A DNA stretch of 64,000 nt from Harriotta raleighana (Eukaryota), in the NCBI GenBank assembly GCA_050575255.1, contig JBNZDD010013730.1, forward strand, positions 3,733,538 through 3,797,537. The letters run 5' to 3'. Positions 27,355 through 38,776 of the stretch are shown here, piece after piece. Numbering within the stretch: position 1 is the first letter of the stretch; the number at the start of each line of letters is the position of its first letter. Made by a program: the position numbers and the translations under genes. Under the pieces are notes generated by a model. It ran no database searches, had not been told where the DNA came from, and saw only the letters and a list, made by a program, of their open reading frames with translations.

Positions 27355-27860
27355 AACAACAAAATTACATTTATAGAGCGCCTTTCACATCGGGAGGACG
27401 TTCCAAGGTGCTAAACAATTAGGCGGGACCCGAGCGGGGGAAAGGGTCGGGGTAGGGGCAGGGGGAAGGAAAGGGGGGAAGAGTTAGGAGCAGCAGAAGG
27501 CACGATCTAAGAGGAGGGTCTTGAGACCGGTCTTGAAGTAGGCAATGGAGGAATTGAGGCGAAGGGACTGCGGGATGTTGTTCCAGAGTGCAGGGGCAGA
27601 GAGGCTGAAAACTCGGCCACCGATGGTGGGGCGGGTCGGGCTGGGGACATGGAGCAAACCGGAGGCCACTGAACAGAGGGTGCAGGCAGGTTGATAGGGA
27701 GTCAGCAGGTCGGAGATAGGAAGGGGCAAGGCCATGAATGGCCTTGAAAATGAGGACGAGGATCTTGAACGCGATCCTGGGGAATGGAGAGCCAATGGGT
27801 GGGAGTCTGTGGAGCTTAGTGCAGGAGAACATAGGCTACAGAGATCTGGATGATCTGCAG
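27355..27860 (-). mobile_element. L2-clade LINE 3' end (ORF2 C-terminus + 3' UTR)
   Basis: RIAFKILVLIFKAIHGLAPSYL, then frameshift to GGRVFSLSAPALWNNIPQSLR...FKTGLKT; tail gaaaggcgctctataaatgtaattttgttg. Confidence 0.88.
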
Positions 27861-27934
27861 CTTATGAAGGGAAGAGCCAGGAAGGCCAACGAGAAGGGAG
27901 TTTCCGTACTTGAGCCTTGATGTGAAGAATGCAA

Positions 27935-28190
27935 GGCACTGGACAGTCAGGGGTTGGAATTAGCGGTGGTGGAGATGTCCAAAAGACGTGAAAAGGGTGA
28001 TCCAACTCACAGGTAAAGAGAGTCTTGAGACGGGCCTTGAAGGAGGTAAGGGAAGAAGCGAGGCAAAGGGAGAAATGGAACATGGAATGGAGTCATTGGG
28101 GGGAGGCTGGGCAGAGAGGCTGAAGGCCCAACGGCCGATTGTGGGGTGCACTCGGCAGGAAACATGAAGTGAGCTGGAACCCATTAAGCG
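27935..28190 (-). mobile_element. Second L2 3' fragment
   Basis: PTIGRWAFSLSA and SFKARLKTLF remnants. Confidence 0.75.
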
Positions 28191-30019
28191 GTGAGGTTGA
28201 TATTCAAAGGGAAAATAACAAAGTACTTTGGTGGTGAGTCAGGGATATGTATAAATACAGTAAACGCCTAATAGCCAGTCAAATGCAAGGATTAAGATTA
28301 ATTAATGTCATTCTGAAGTTCAGAAAGAGATATTCTGCTGGTGTCCAGGTAAAAAAAAAACAGGCTTACATACTGAATCACGATTCCTTTGTGAAATGTT
28401 TGTATATAGTAAAGAGGTACAGAAATGCAAATTCTTTCTGCACACAAATGTAATGTTTTAATATCAGTTGGCAACGTGATCGAATGTAACAAGCAGAATC
28501 AAAGGACTGAAAAGGCCAAGATTGCAGACTGGAAGTGTCTGCTTTCCTTCCAGGGTTCAGACAGAGAACTGGTGAAAATCGCTTTAATAATAATAATAAT
28601 ATTCCTTGCATTTGATATAGCGCTTTTCACATGTTATCAACGCCTCAAAGCTTCGCGAGTACAGAAAGAAATGGTCGACATTTTAAGAGATTGGTAGTGA
28701 GTTAGTAGACCCGGAGAGCTTTGTCTTGCATTTATTCACGAGATGTTAGCTCTTTTTACTCGTTGAGTTTTTAAGTACAAAGTACAGTAACAACAGAATT
28801 TTTTTTTTACCCTCTACATTTAGCTAATTCTCTCATACACAAAAAAATTTTTGGGAGGGGAGGGGGCAGAAGAGGGGAGTTCGGTGGGGGTATTTAAGAG
28901 AGACTGCTTGCAAAATGCAAATTCTATCATTAGATGAAAGATCGCAGGCGTTTCAACAACAACAACACCCACCCACCCACAAAAAAATCACGTCAAAAGA
29001 AGTCGACTCCCCCCACCCCCACCCAACCCTGCACATGTGGATTAAACGAAGAACTGAACTGGATTTCCAATCTTGCCCATCCTCCCTCTTCCTATTAAAA
29101 AAACACTTTTACAAAGTGTTAAAGCAAACACCCCCCCCACCCCACACACACACACAAACAAACAACAACAACAACTCGCTGAAGCGACTCCCAAGAGTGA
29201 AGCTCAATCCATTGCAAGCAATCAGGTCAGAATCGCATCGCTCAAAATGGCTTCCAGCGGGGAGGAGGCGGAGGAGGAGGGGGGGGGGGGGGTGTGTGGG
29301 TTACTTAAAATTAAAATATTTGTTTAAAAAAAGGCCTAATTTTCCGAACTGCTGTTGCCTGGCGTTTGTCCCGCTTCCGACAACTCCTCTCTCTCTCTCT
29401 CCTACACCGGTGGGTTCGAACTGACGATGACACGGCCCAGACTCTCTCCCTCTCCCACACGAGAGAGCTCTTTTTTGTAATATATATATACATATATATA
29501 TATATACATATAAAAAATAATTGTAAAAAAAACCGCGGCCGCCGCCAACTCGGGCCTCCGGCCGCCATTTTATCGCGATCACTAACTCCTTCCAGCCAAG
29601 ACAGCGGCCACAAAGCGGCCTCTCCTCCTCCTCCTCTACCACATGCTTCTATTTTTCTCCCTTCTCCCAGCAGCATCACACTCTCCTCCCCACCCTCCCT
29701 CCCCCTCCAAGCCTATTCCAACTCGAGGCCTTCAAACTCGAGCCGAGACCCGGCCGGCCTCGCCTCTTANTATTTTTCTCCCTTCTCCCAGCAGCATCAC
29801 ACTCTCCTCCCCACCCTCCCCCTCCCTCCCTCCCCCTCCAAGCCTATTCCAACTCGAGGCCTTCAAACTCGAGCCGAGACCCGGCCGGCCTCGCCCCTTT
29901 CGGATCAAACCTACGAGGCCTCCCGCCCCAGCCAGCTCGTTGGGTCCGAGCCGATCGCCGGAAAAGGACTGCACAGCGGCCGATCATCGGGATGGGGGGG
30001 GGGGGGGGGGGGGGGGGGG

Positions 30020-30195
30020 NNNNNNNNNNNNNNNNNNNNNNNNNNNNNNNNNNNNNNNNNNNNNNNNNNNNNNNNNNNNNNNNNNNNNNNNNNNNNNNNN
30101 NNNNNNNNNNNNNNNNNNNNNNNNNNNNNNNNNNNNNNNNNNNNNNNNNNNNNNNNNNNNNNNNNNNNNNNNNNNNNNNNNNNNNNNNNNNNNNN
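30020..30195. other. Assembly gap in poly-G of the CpG island (further gaps at 30494-30512 and 39724-39727)
   Basis: N runs. Confidence 0.98.
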
Positions 30196-30430
30196 GGGGG
30201 AGAGGGGAAGGGGGGGGGGGGGAGAGGGTAATGCATTCCCCAAGCATCGCCTGAGNGGGGGGGGGGGGGGGGGGGGGGGGGGAGGTGTGTGTGTGTGGAG
30301 AGGTGAAGGGGGGGGGGGAGAGGGTAATGCATTCCCCAAGCATCGCCTGAGCAATAAGACTGAAGGAGGACGAAGGGGGTTTTTGTTTAGCGGCGGCGGT
30401 AGCGCGGTGGGCCCGAGGCCCAGGTCCTAC

Positions 30431-30446
30431 CTCTAAGCCCGTCCAT
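30431..30446 (-). CDS. ZNF326: ZNF326 (ZIRD, AKAP95-type zinc finger) coding exon 1: MDGLR+G
   Basis: gtcgacATGGACGGGCTTAGAG|gtagga within a CpG island. 16-nt phase-1 exon resembling the short MD-start first exon of mammalian ZNF326. Phase fits the next exon. Confidence 0.7.
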
Positions 30447-31302
30447 GTCGACAGGCGCTCGCTGCCCTTGTCACGCACTGTAGGAGCCCCTCCNNNNNNN
30501 NNNNNNNNNNNNNCCCCCCCCCCCCGCGCCGTAACGCTGGCTTTTATCAACAAGCCACACCCGCCCCCCCCCCCCCCCCATACGCTCACACCGCACTTGG
30601 GATGAAAGGGCAGTTTGCACAGACGTCGCTGACTCTCAGGAGCTAATCTATCAGGATGCAGCTTAATACTCATTTACATATAGAGAACAGTACTGCCGGC
30701 CAGCCTTGACTGAACGAATAAATCATCCATCTAGTCGATCAGAGCTCCTTGTCACGTCTGCGAGGAGTGTTAATGGGCTTCACAGAATATACTATGAAGT
30801 GAATCGAATGCATGTTTGGTGGGCAAAGCCTCATTTGGATCGTGAGGTCCAAGCGCTTCGACTGTTCAGAATCTCAACACCAGAATACAAGACAAAATAA
30901 ACAAGTATAATGTTCATGTATTAAATCCATTCTAATGTGACAAGCCTCCTTGGAGATGTCTGGTGTTCATGTAGCGCAGTGATCCATAGTCTATTCTGGT
31001 ACTGATAAACTTTGCTCATATTTGGGTCTAGTTTTTATTCTGGAAATTAAATATATTTTTTTTAATTCCGCTACTTTTACAATCTCATCTATGCATTTGT
31101 TATTTTTGTATTATGGACTGCACAAACAAACAAAAAAGCATTCCAGTCATTTTCAATAGTTTATTTTCAATTATTTCCTACAAATGCAGAAAATATGTTC
31201 TCGTCAATTTCAGGTGTTTAAATTTAGAAAAAGTATACTGAGAATGTATTCTAGGCATTTTCAGTCATTTATTTTTACAAATACTTTGTCCAAAATGATA
31301 AA

Positions 31303-31482
31303 ACAACAACAACCACAACAAATTACATTTGTATGGAGCCTTTCACGTCAGTGGTACGTCCCAAGGCACTGGGCAGCCAGGGATCTAGACTGCACCCAAT
31401 CTAGTGGTTGGGATCTCGAGGGTTGGGGGTAAACGTAGGTAGGGTGACCAAGGAAAAGGTTAAAAAGGAAGATCTTGAAAAG
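31303..31482 (-). mobile_element. L2 3' tail fragment
   Basis: caacaaattacatttgtatggagcctttcacgtc...cgtcccaaggcac...gatcttgaa. Confidence 0.65.
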
Positions 31483-32098
31483 CTTACATTATCATCCATT
31501 AGTTGGTGCCATTAGCAATAAACATAGGCCCTAAACGGTCCCAGGTTTATTAAAGTATTTTGAATTCCAACTGTAGATGCTGATTTTGATTCATTTTAAA
31601 GTCTGATTATGTTTTAGAGAAAATCAGACAAACAGAGAAGCTAAAAATGTATTTGGCATTGTATAATGGGTTAGGGAATAAATGACAGCTTTGGGTTAGC
31701 AGCTGGTAGGGTTCTGAGATGCCGTCCGGCATGGAGGGCACTATGTAAATCAAAGTTGTTGTTGTTGTTCTGACTTTTCTCTCAATGGACACCTGCTCAA
31801 TGACTAATAGCAATTGACTTGGTATCAGGAACTCTGCCTTAAAAGATAAAGCAAGTCTGATTTTTGTTAAAAATACACTGAAAACATAAACGAGAGAATG
31901 GCAAATTGGGGAAGTAGAAGAAACAATATGAGGATCCGATAATTTGACAAAAGACCATTGTTATCTTTTTAAAAAGGACTACATCTTACCAATAGCACTG
32001 AAGAATAAACCAAAACCTAAAACCCTTACAAAAGCTTCAAAGCAAATATTTGTAAAGCAAAAGGCTGTAATAATGGAAACTAAATTTTAAAGCATCTA

Positions 32099-32880
32099 CG
32101 TGGGATGCCTCGAAAGTAATGCCTCTTTTCTATTTCCTCAAAATTGTTTCTTACAAACTTAACATAAATACAAAATAAACTTTTTAAATACACCAGTGCA
32201 GTTATTTTTCCACAAAGTCACCGTCACAAACTCCACACTTGTGCCAACGTGGAACTGGTCAGTGCCAGTATGCAGTTATGGTAGAATGATGTGTCCTTGA
32301 TATGGAGCCATTAACAAACAGCATTCTTCAGGGCATTGTTGTTTTAGAGGACAGAAGAGATAAAGTCTGAGGGTCTGGGCTGTATTGAGGAAGCACTGTT
32401 CATCTGATTCGTCCAATTGATGATCACTGAGGCTCACTTGAGGTCTGGCATTGTCGTGGTGCAGAAGCAGTTTTGCTGTGTCAGAGTTCTCCTTAATCGG
32501 GCTGTCGGGTTCCTCTTCGTTAATAGCTGTTGCTGGTCACCCCGTCTTGAAGCTCAGTTTGTCCACTTTTCACATGATATATCCAGCAGTACTCCCATCA
32601 ACAAATTAATGTCCATGTCATCATGCAATGTGAATCTGAATCAGTGAAGTCCCCTCAACTGTGAGAAATTCAATTGCTGCTCTCTGTTCAACATGTGTTT
32701 CCATGCTAGACGCCATTTTGAACTGCTGTCATATGCCTCCATCTAGTGAGAAGTAAATAAAACTTTCACAGCAGTGGCAGGATATATAAAAGTATCTTGT
32801 TAATGTTTTTTCTTACTGTACCACCTAACATTTTCACAAAAAAAAAGGAATCATTAAGTTTCAGGCATTAGTCTTAAATA
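32099..32880 (-). mobile_element. Decayed, internally deleted mariner transposon (transposase remnants)
   Basis: Minus-strand peptides MASSMETHVEQRAAIEFLTVEG, LLLHHDNARP, YSPD, RWHKCGVCDGDFVEK*; TIR-like TA|CGTGGGATGCCTCGAAAGTAATGCCTC at 32097. The other end is degenerate. Confidence 0.82.
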
Positions 32881-33009
32881 AAGAATATTACTTGCCAAAT
32901 TATGTTATGTTCAAATATTCTGCCATATTTTGATGATCAAGATTTATCCTCATCACATGATATTGCAATATCTTCTCATGAACATTTTGTCAAATTTACT
33001 TTAATAGTT

Positions 33010-33263
33010 TATATCCTTGCATTTGATATAGCGCTTTACAGGTCTTCTAGATGTCTCAAAGCGCTTCACAGAATATACTATCAAGTGAATTGACTGTATA
33101 CTTGTGGGTGAAATACCGCAGCCAATTGCGCACAGCAGTGTCCCACAAACAGTCGTGGATTGAAATGACCAATTTGTTAAAAACATTTTTTTTTAGGGAT
33201 TATTATTAGTCGTGTGGAGTAAGGAAACTTGCCCAAGGTTTCGACCTGCCTAGATTCAAACAC
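33010..33263 (-). mobile_element. SINE truncated within its tRNA head
   Basis: Tail, Deu-like core and ggaaacttgcccaaggtttc present; ends at gattcaaacaca. Confidence 0.87.
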
Positions 33264-33364
33264 ATGACAAAGGGTCGTGGACCCGAAACGTTGACTCACT
33301 TTCCTTTCTTCATGGATGCTGCCTGACTTGCTGAGTTTCCCCAGCAACTTCTGTGTTTTTTTCA
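33264..33364 (+). mobile_element. Penelope-type terminal repeat remnant with degenerate hammerhead-like core
   Basis: tgacaaaGGGTCgtgGACCCgaaacgttgac...gatgctgcctgacttgctgagtttccccagca, a pattern I recall from chondrichthyan repeats. Confidence 0.6.
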
Positions 33365-34062
33365 CATGAAATATATTGTTGGACGATGGTTTATATTTAA
33401 TTCAAATATACTGAAATTCCAGTGAAAAACTCCCAATATCTAATTTCACTTGGCAAATAAATTGGCAAATAAACATTTCACAGAACATTTTAGACCGTAG
33501 CTAAGCTATTCTTCATGGGACACTTTTGACATTGACAGGCGATTGAAGCACTGAGCAATTACAATTCCTTACAATCAAGCACAATATAATTTCAGCAGCG
33601 GTCACGGTACAGTGGAACCATATCTTATTTATCTATTTCCAACTCCAGAGAAAATGAAGCTAATTGAGAAATGTACTACCTTTTTTTGGTGCAACAAATC
33701 ATAATGCTGAAGAGATTTCATTTAGATAGCTTCTTTGCCCCAGTGGTACAAAATTAGTACATTGTGCTACAAATAATGAATTTATGCTAAAAAAAAGTGA
33801 CCCAAATAAACCTGGGAGATTGAATATCAAGCAAAAGAATCCCAAGATTACAACAAACAATAAAATTATGTTTTTAGAGCACCTTTCACATCGAGAAGAT
33901 GTCCCAAGATTATTAATGGAAATCAGCAGATTCCCAAATGCTTGGTTTAGCGCTACTTCATACACCTAGTTACCTACTAGTCTAAAATATATAACCTTAA
34001 CTTGCAATTTTGGCAAATTAGTTAAACAGTCCTTATTTAATTATACATAATATACTCACAAT

Positions 34063-36384
34063 TCACATAGACCCTCTGCTTAGAAACTGCTCTCTGATGT
34101 CATATGGTAATGTATTAAAGATGTCCTCTTCCACATCAAGTTGACTTCTCTTCAGATTTAGGCACTTCTCTAGTTCATGTGGTAATTCTTGCAATCTATT
34201 ACCTTTCAGTTCCAGTTGCCGGAGTTGAGTCAAATTTCCCACTTGGTGGGGAATGAAAAGTAAAAGGTTATGGGAAAGTATCAAAACTCTGAGTTTTGTG
34301 CATTGAAAAAGTTCCAAGGGTAATTCAGATACTTTGTTACTTTCAATATCAAAATAGTGAAGATCTTCTAATTGCTCTATTTCACTAGGAATATTTATAA
34401 TATTGTTATGGCCAACTTCCAAATGCCGTAATTTAATTAGTTTAAATAGACTTGGTGGAAGAACAGCAATGCTATTCTTGTTTAGATACAACATTTCCAG
34501 TGAGATGACCTTGGCAATATATGGAGGGATCTGTGTGATTTTATTATGCTGAAGCTTCAGTGTGATGAGCTTGCGAAGATACTGGAAACTGGCCAACTCT
34601 TCTACGGTCCTCAGATTGTTGTCTTTGAGGTCAAGTTCCTGAAGGTTACTCAAACCGAAAATAGCACTTGGGATTCGCTCCAGATCACAATTGTAAAGTT
34701 TTAGAACAGAGAGGCAAAGTAATTTCCTGAGATTGTTGAGAGTAGCCAACTTCTTGCCTTGATTATGAATTGAAAGGTGCTGAAGGTGATGGGCAACATC
34801 AGCAACCACTGCAGGTACTTTGGTGATGTTGGATTTCAGATGCAATGACTTAAGATGTTCTAATTCACAGAATGACTGCAAGACAATAGAGGATTTGTTA
34901 TCGATTAAAAAGTTGCCTTCCAGGTACAATTCATGAAGATTCTTCAGACTGTACATCCACTGTGGTATTTCATCAGCATTTGCAAACCGAACTCTTAAAA
35001 TTGTTATTGTATCTTTTAAAAATGCGAGTGCTCGATTTTCTACCTTTATGATACAATTGTACACCCACAGTTCTTGAAGTGATGTTTGCTGTGAGATTGC
35101 TGCACTAATCAACACATCCTTAATAAATTCCAGCTTTAGTACTTCCAGATTATAAATATCATAAACACTATTAGGAATACCAGGCATCATAAAAAGATGC
35201 AATTCAGTTTTGTTGTCTTCATTTGTAGCTATGCGCTGTTGAAGTTTTTCATGTGTCCACTCGTAACTCAGACTCAACTGGCGAAGTTTATTTTCACTAA
35301 CATCAGAAAGAAACACAGCAAATTTCCGAGCATACAGTTTGTCATATTGATCAATCAGATGCAACAGAAATGCAAAATCATTCTTCACATCTGGAATATC
35401 ATCAATCCCTGTTTCTTCCCTCACATAAGCAAATGAGTATTCCTTAAGTTTAAAGTAAAAGATCCAGTACAGTGTGTATGTACAGGTTATACAATAAATA
35501 AATATGACCACGACATACACTATGGATAACATTCTGAAAATCCTCCAAAGACCATGAATGCAGAAAAAATCTGTGAAGCCAGTAAAATGAATTTTATCTA
35601 TGCAATGGACAATATGTTTCATTTGAGGAATTAGAGTTACAAAATAGACGAGAATGATAATTGTTTGAACACAGCGTAAAATAGTTTGTCTTATGTACAT
35701 CAAATAAAGAATGTGGCCCTCTTCAGTGTGAAGACGAAACTTTTTGACTTTCTCAAACAATGCTTTTGCTTGTTCACCTTCCTTTTTGTCGAGAATTTTC
35801 ACAGAAGCATGTCCATAAACGCCACCTCCAACAGTTTTGAAGGTTTTTGAAGGCATCTTACAAATTGGTTCCTGGGCTTCATTTGGACATATTGTGTCAG
35901 AACTGCTTTCCTTTTGTCCTAACAAAAGAGTAGTTTCAGATGTTGGCTGAAGGCTCCCAGAGCATGACACAGATTCATTTGTTGCTAAAACAGTTCTCTG
36001 TGGAAACTGTAAGTCAGAATCCTCATAAACAGTTTCGGAAAGTGCCTTTGTAGTCCACTGAGAATCTAAACATTTCCCAAGGATTGAAATAAAATGTTCA
36101 ATTTTAGAACTTGTACCTGGAAATTTGAACCAGAAGTTGCTGCTCACTAAAAATACAAGTGTGTGAATGATAACTATATATGGGAAATATTTGGAGTACC
36201 ATTGAATTGCATGGTCATAGCAATATTGATCCATCAAATTATACTGTTCATGGTCCAAGCCAGTCTTAAATCCAGAACCTAAACTATTCAATTTTCGACC
36301 TATAAGAGCACTTTTGTTCCACTGCATTGAGATCATTGAGAATCCTTCTGGCACAGGGACGCAGATTATCTTGTCTGTTGATAT
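34063..36384 (-). CDS. Extra LRRC8-family paralogue, coding exon 2 (ECL1-TM4, intracellular loops, LRR domain); total 819 aa
   Basis: Acceptor aaatatag|ATA TCA ACA GAC AAG (ISTDKIICVP) is in frame with the 763-aa ORF. Motifs WYSKYFPY, SNFWFKFPGTSSKIEHF, LDKKEGEQAKALFEKVKKFRLH, DIPDVKNDFAF; LRR repeats; no stops or frameshifts. Confidence 0.92.
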   Translation of the reverse strand: MSTDKIICVPVPEGFSMISMQWNKSALIGRKLNSLGSGFKTGLDHEQYNLMDQYCYDHAIQWYSKYFPYIVIIHTLVFLVSSNFWFKFPGTSSKIEHFISILGKCLDSQWTTKALSETVYEDSDLQFPQRTVLATNESVSCSGSLQPTSETTLLLGQKESSSDTICPNEAQEPICKMPSKTFKTVGGGVYGHASVKILDKKEGEQAKALFEKVKKFRLHTEEGHILYLMYIRQTILRCVQTIIILVYFVTLIPQMKHIVHCIDKIHFTGFTDFFCIHGLWRIFRMLSIVYVVVIFIYCITCTYTLYWIFYFKLKEYSFAYVREETGIDDIPDVKNDFAFLLHLIDQYDKLYARKFAVFLSDVSENKLRQLSLSYEWTHEKLQQRIATNEDNKTELHLFMMPGIPNSVYDIYNLEVLKLEFIKDVLISAAISQQTSLQELWVYNCIIKVENRALAFLKDTITILRVRFANADEIPQWMYSLKNLHELYLEGNFLIDNKSSIVLQSFCELEHLKSLHLKSNITKVPAVVADVAHHLQHLSIHNQGKKLATLNNLRKLLCLSVLKLYNCDLERIPSAIFGLSNLQELDLKDNNLRTVEELASFQYLRKLITLKLQHNKITQIPPYIAKVISLEMLYLNKNSIAVLPPSLFKLIKLRHLEVGHNNIINIPSEIEQLEDLHYFDIESNKVSELPLELFQCTKLRVLILSHNLLLFIPHQVGNLTQLRQLELKGNRLQELPHELEKCLNLKRSQLDVEEDIFNTLPYDIREQFLSRGSM

Positions 36385-36559
36385 CTATATTTAAGACACA
36401 AGAGACAAAAAGAAAATTACCATGAATTCAGCCTGTTGCAAAGTTTTCATCTACTTCTGTTAATTATTCTCTATTTCTCAATTTTAAAGCATCATTGGTG
36501 AAAAAATATATATATTTTGGTCTGCCAGGATTCATCCATATGCGAAAACCCACCACAAA

Positions 36560-38620
36560 TCGTAAAAGTATTCAAACCAAGCTGAGATTTTCATGCATCC
36601 CATCTACACATGAAAATCCCAGAGATAAATTGCTGGAATGTAATGCACAATCTCTTCATGGAGAGATGCATCCTGCTTACCTAATTCCAGAAAGTATTAG
36701 GTACAGGTTGGCAAGAATCAAAGTTTGAGGACGTCAGAGTGTGCTTTGATATACTGCTGGAGTCTCACCAGCTAATAATACATAGCTTGCCATTAATATT
36801 GCTGCCCACAGTGAATGATCTACCCATCGGGGTCTTACCAATGAGCCAGGCTAGCTGTGCTGTCATCAGCAGTGTCCTGGAATATTGCAGACCCACCTGG
36901 CTCAGAAATCGGACTATTGAGACCACCACAGACGGCTGGCTCGATTGTGACATTTCATTGCGAGACATGTCACCTTGGAGCTAGTTCTTCTCCAAGGATA
37001 CTCATCTTGGTGAAAATACATAATCTCAAGTAGTACAATCATTTTCACTATGATAGCCCAAATTAAATATTAAAGAAAGAAAAAATGTTAGTCAAATCTT
37101 TTTGTACCATTTCAAAAATCCCTAGTAGGCCCTTTGTGACCTAGAAGGTAGTTTCCAAATATGCAGCTCCAATTTTTCAAAAAAGAATACTTGCTTGGCA
37201 CTTCAGTTAACTTTGTTAAGCTTGAATAGAGAAAATGTCACACAATGGTGTAGTCAGAAACCAAAAGGTATATCCATGCAGAAAAGACCAGAGCCAACAC
37301 TGGGAGAATGCCATCAGCAACAAACAAAAAAACAGAAATGAATACTCTACAAGATCACACTGAACCATGACACATTTCTAAAGCACGAATATGGCTTTAC
37401 AGAGTTGGGAAACTGCATGTTGTTGGAATACGGAATTGATTTTCAAACTTTTTTTCTGGTCAAAGTCTCAATTGCATAAGATTTAGTAACTTGGGATGTC
37501 CTCCTGATGTGAAAGATGATATACAAATGTAATTTGTTGTTGAAGATTATGAACATACACTGACATTTGGGATTTCAGTCTCTTGTTATGGCTGAAAGAA
37601 TGTTGTAAAATTTATAGTTGTCACACTGAAAATGTAATAGTGATTTTTAAAAAAGACTATTTATGCAGCTAAATTAGTATTAAAATAATATCAATATTGT
37701 TTCAAATTCTGATAGTGAATTGAGCACTGGAATCCATCTTGATTTGCAGAGATCAGCTGCTGCTATTAATCTCCATACCTCTAACTGGTGGAACCGTGAC
37801 TCAATGGGAAGAAATGCATGTCCAAGCTGTGGGCGGGAAGTTTATGGCAATTCTCTCAAGCATTTTGTGCTGAGATGTGTTGCCCACCAAGAAACTCGTA
37901 CAGAGTTCTTGGTACCTAAACCAAAGTTTATTGGATGTCAAATGACCAATCTGGTTGGTGGGGGACAAGTAGGGTCCCCTTGGAGTTGAACTGGCTCTAA
38001 GGTGACAAAATAATAATCTTGTGTTTGATATAGCACCTTATCATGTCATCAAGACATCTTAAAGCTGCACAGAATATAGTGATTGGTTGTATATTTTGTG
38101 TATGAAACCTGTTTGGCAATGGAACATCAGAATCAAGCCATCCTCTGTGCTGGTCTCGGCAGTTCAGTATCTGAGCCAGTCTGGTTCATAATACAAAGGC
38201 CCCTGTTCACAACAGCACAATCAGATTGGCTCATCAGCAAGACTTGGAAGGCCAGAACAGTCACTGGGAGCAAGGACTCCTTCAAGCTCCTAATAACCCC
38301 GCAAGCTAAAGCCGTACCCGATAGGGTGGTCCTAGCCGGACAATCAGCAGGACAGCTTGCCAGATACAGCTTTCAATGGCAAGCCATGTAGTTTCAGCTG
38401 GTTAGACTCCAGCAGTATGCAAACATATTCTGGGGTCACCAAGCCTTCGGTCTGGTCAATCTGCGCATAATACTTTCCCGAATTTGGCAAGCAAGATGCG
38501 TCTTTCCAAGCAGAGAATGCCTTCAATAAACATCTCTTGAATTTCCAAGTAAAGGTGTGATGCATGGACTCTGTTTCGTTTGGATATGTTAAGCATGGTG
38601 ATGTGTTTCTGAACATGTCA
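36560..38620. mobile_element. Fragments of an old non-LTR retrotransposon in the extra LRRC8 gene's intron (36560-36965 +, 37790-37930 +, 38110-38620 -)
   Basis: Mutually homologous inverted copies sharing atactgctggagtct(c/a)accagct; CPSC...HFVLRC zinc-knuckle-like peptide at ~37815-37880. Confidence 0.55.
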
Positions 38621-38776
38621 AGATACCCAACCGACCAAAAAAAAAATCAATGACAATGCATACAAGATTAAACATGATAGCCAACATATTACTTCAAGAT
38701 ATTATCCCAAACATTGATAATTCTATAGGCAAACTATTCTGCAAAATTTAATATATCTAGATGCAAAAATGTTTAC

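Larger units (their letters stand above)
29200..30650. promoter_or_regulatory. CpG island: ZNF326 promoter, exon 1 and start of intron 1
   Basis: High GC/CpG. YY1-type GCCGCCATTTT at 29560-29570 and CAAAATGGC at ~29243; GC box CCGCCC at 30561. Contains N gaps. Confidence 0.8.

Noticed and set aside
29648-29895. ~120-bp tandem duplication in the CpG island (similar cases at N 30256, N 49494, N 51882)
   Set aside because: Each has a single N at the junction; scaffolding overlap artefacts.
28915-30673. Many long overlapping ORFs
   Set aside because: Products of GC-rich low-complexity sequence and N runs; only the 16-nt ZNF326 exon 1 is supported.
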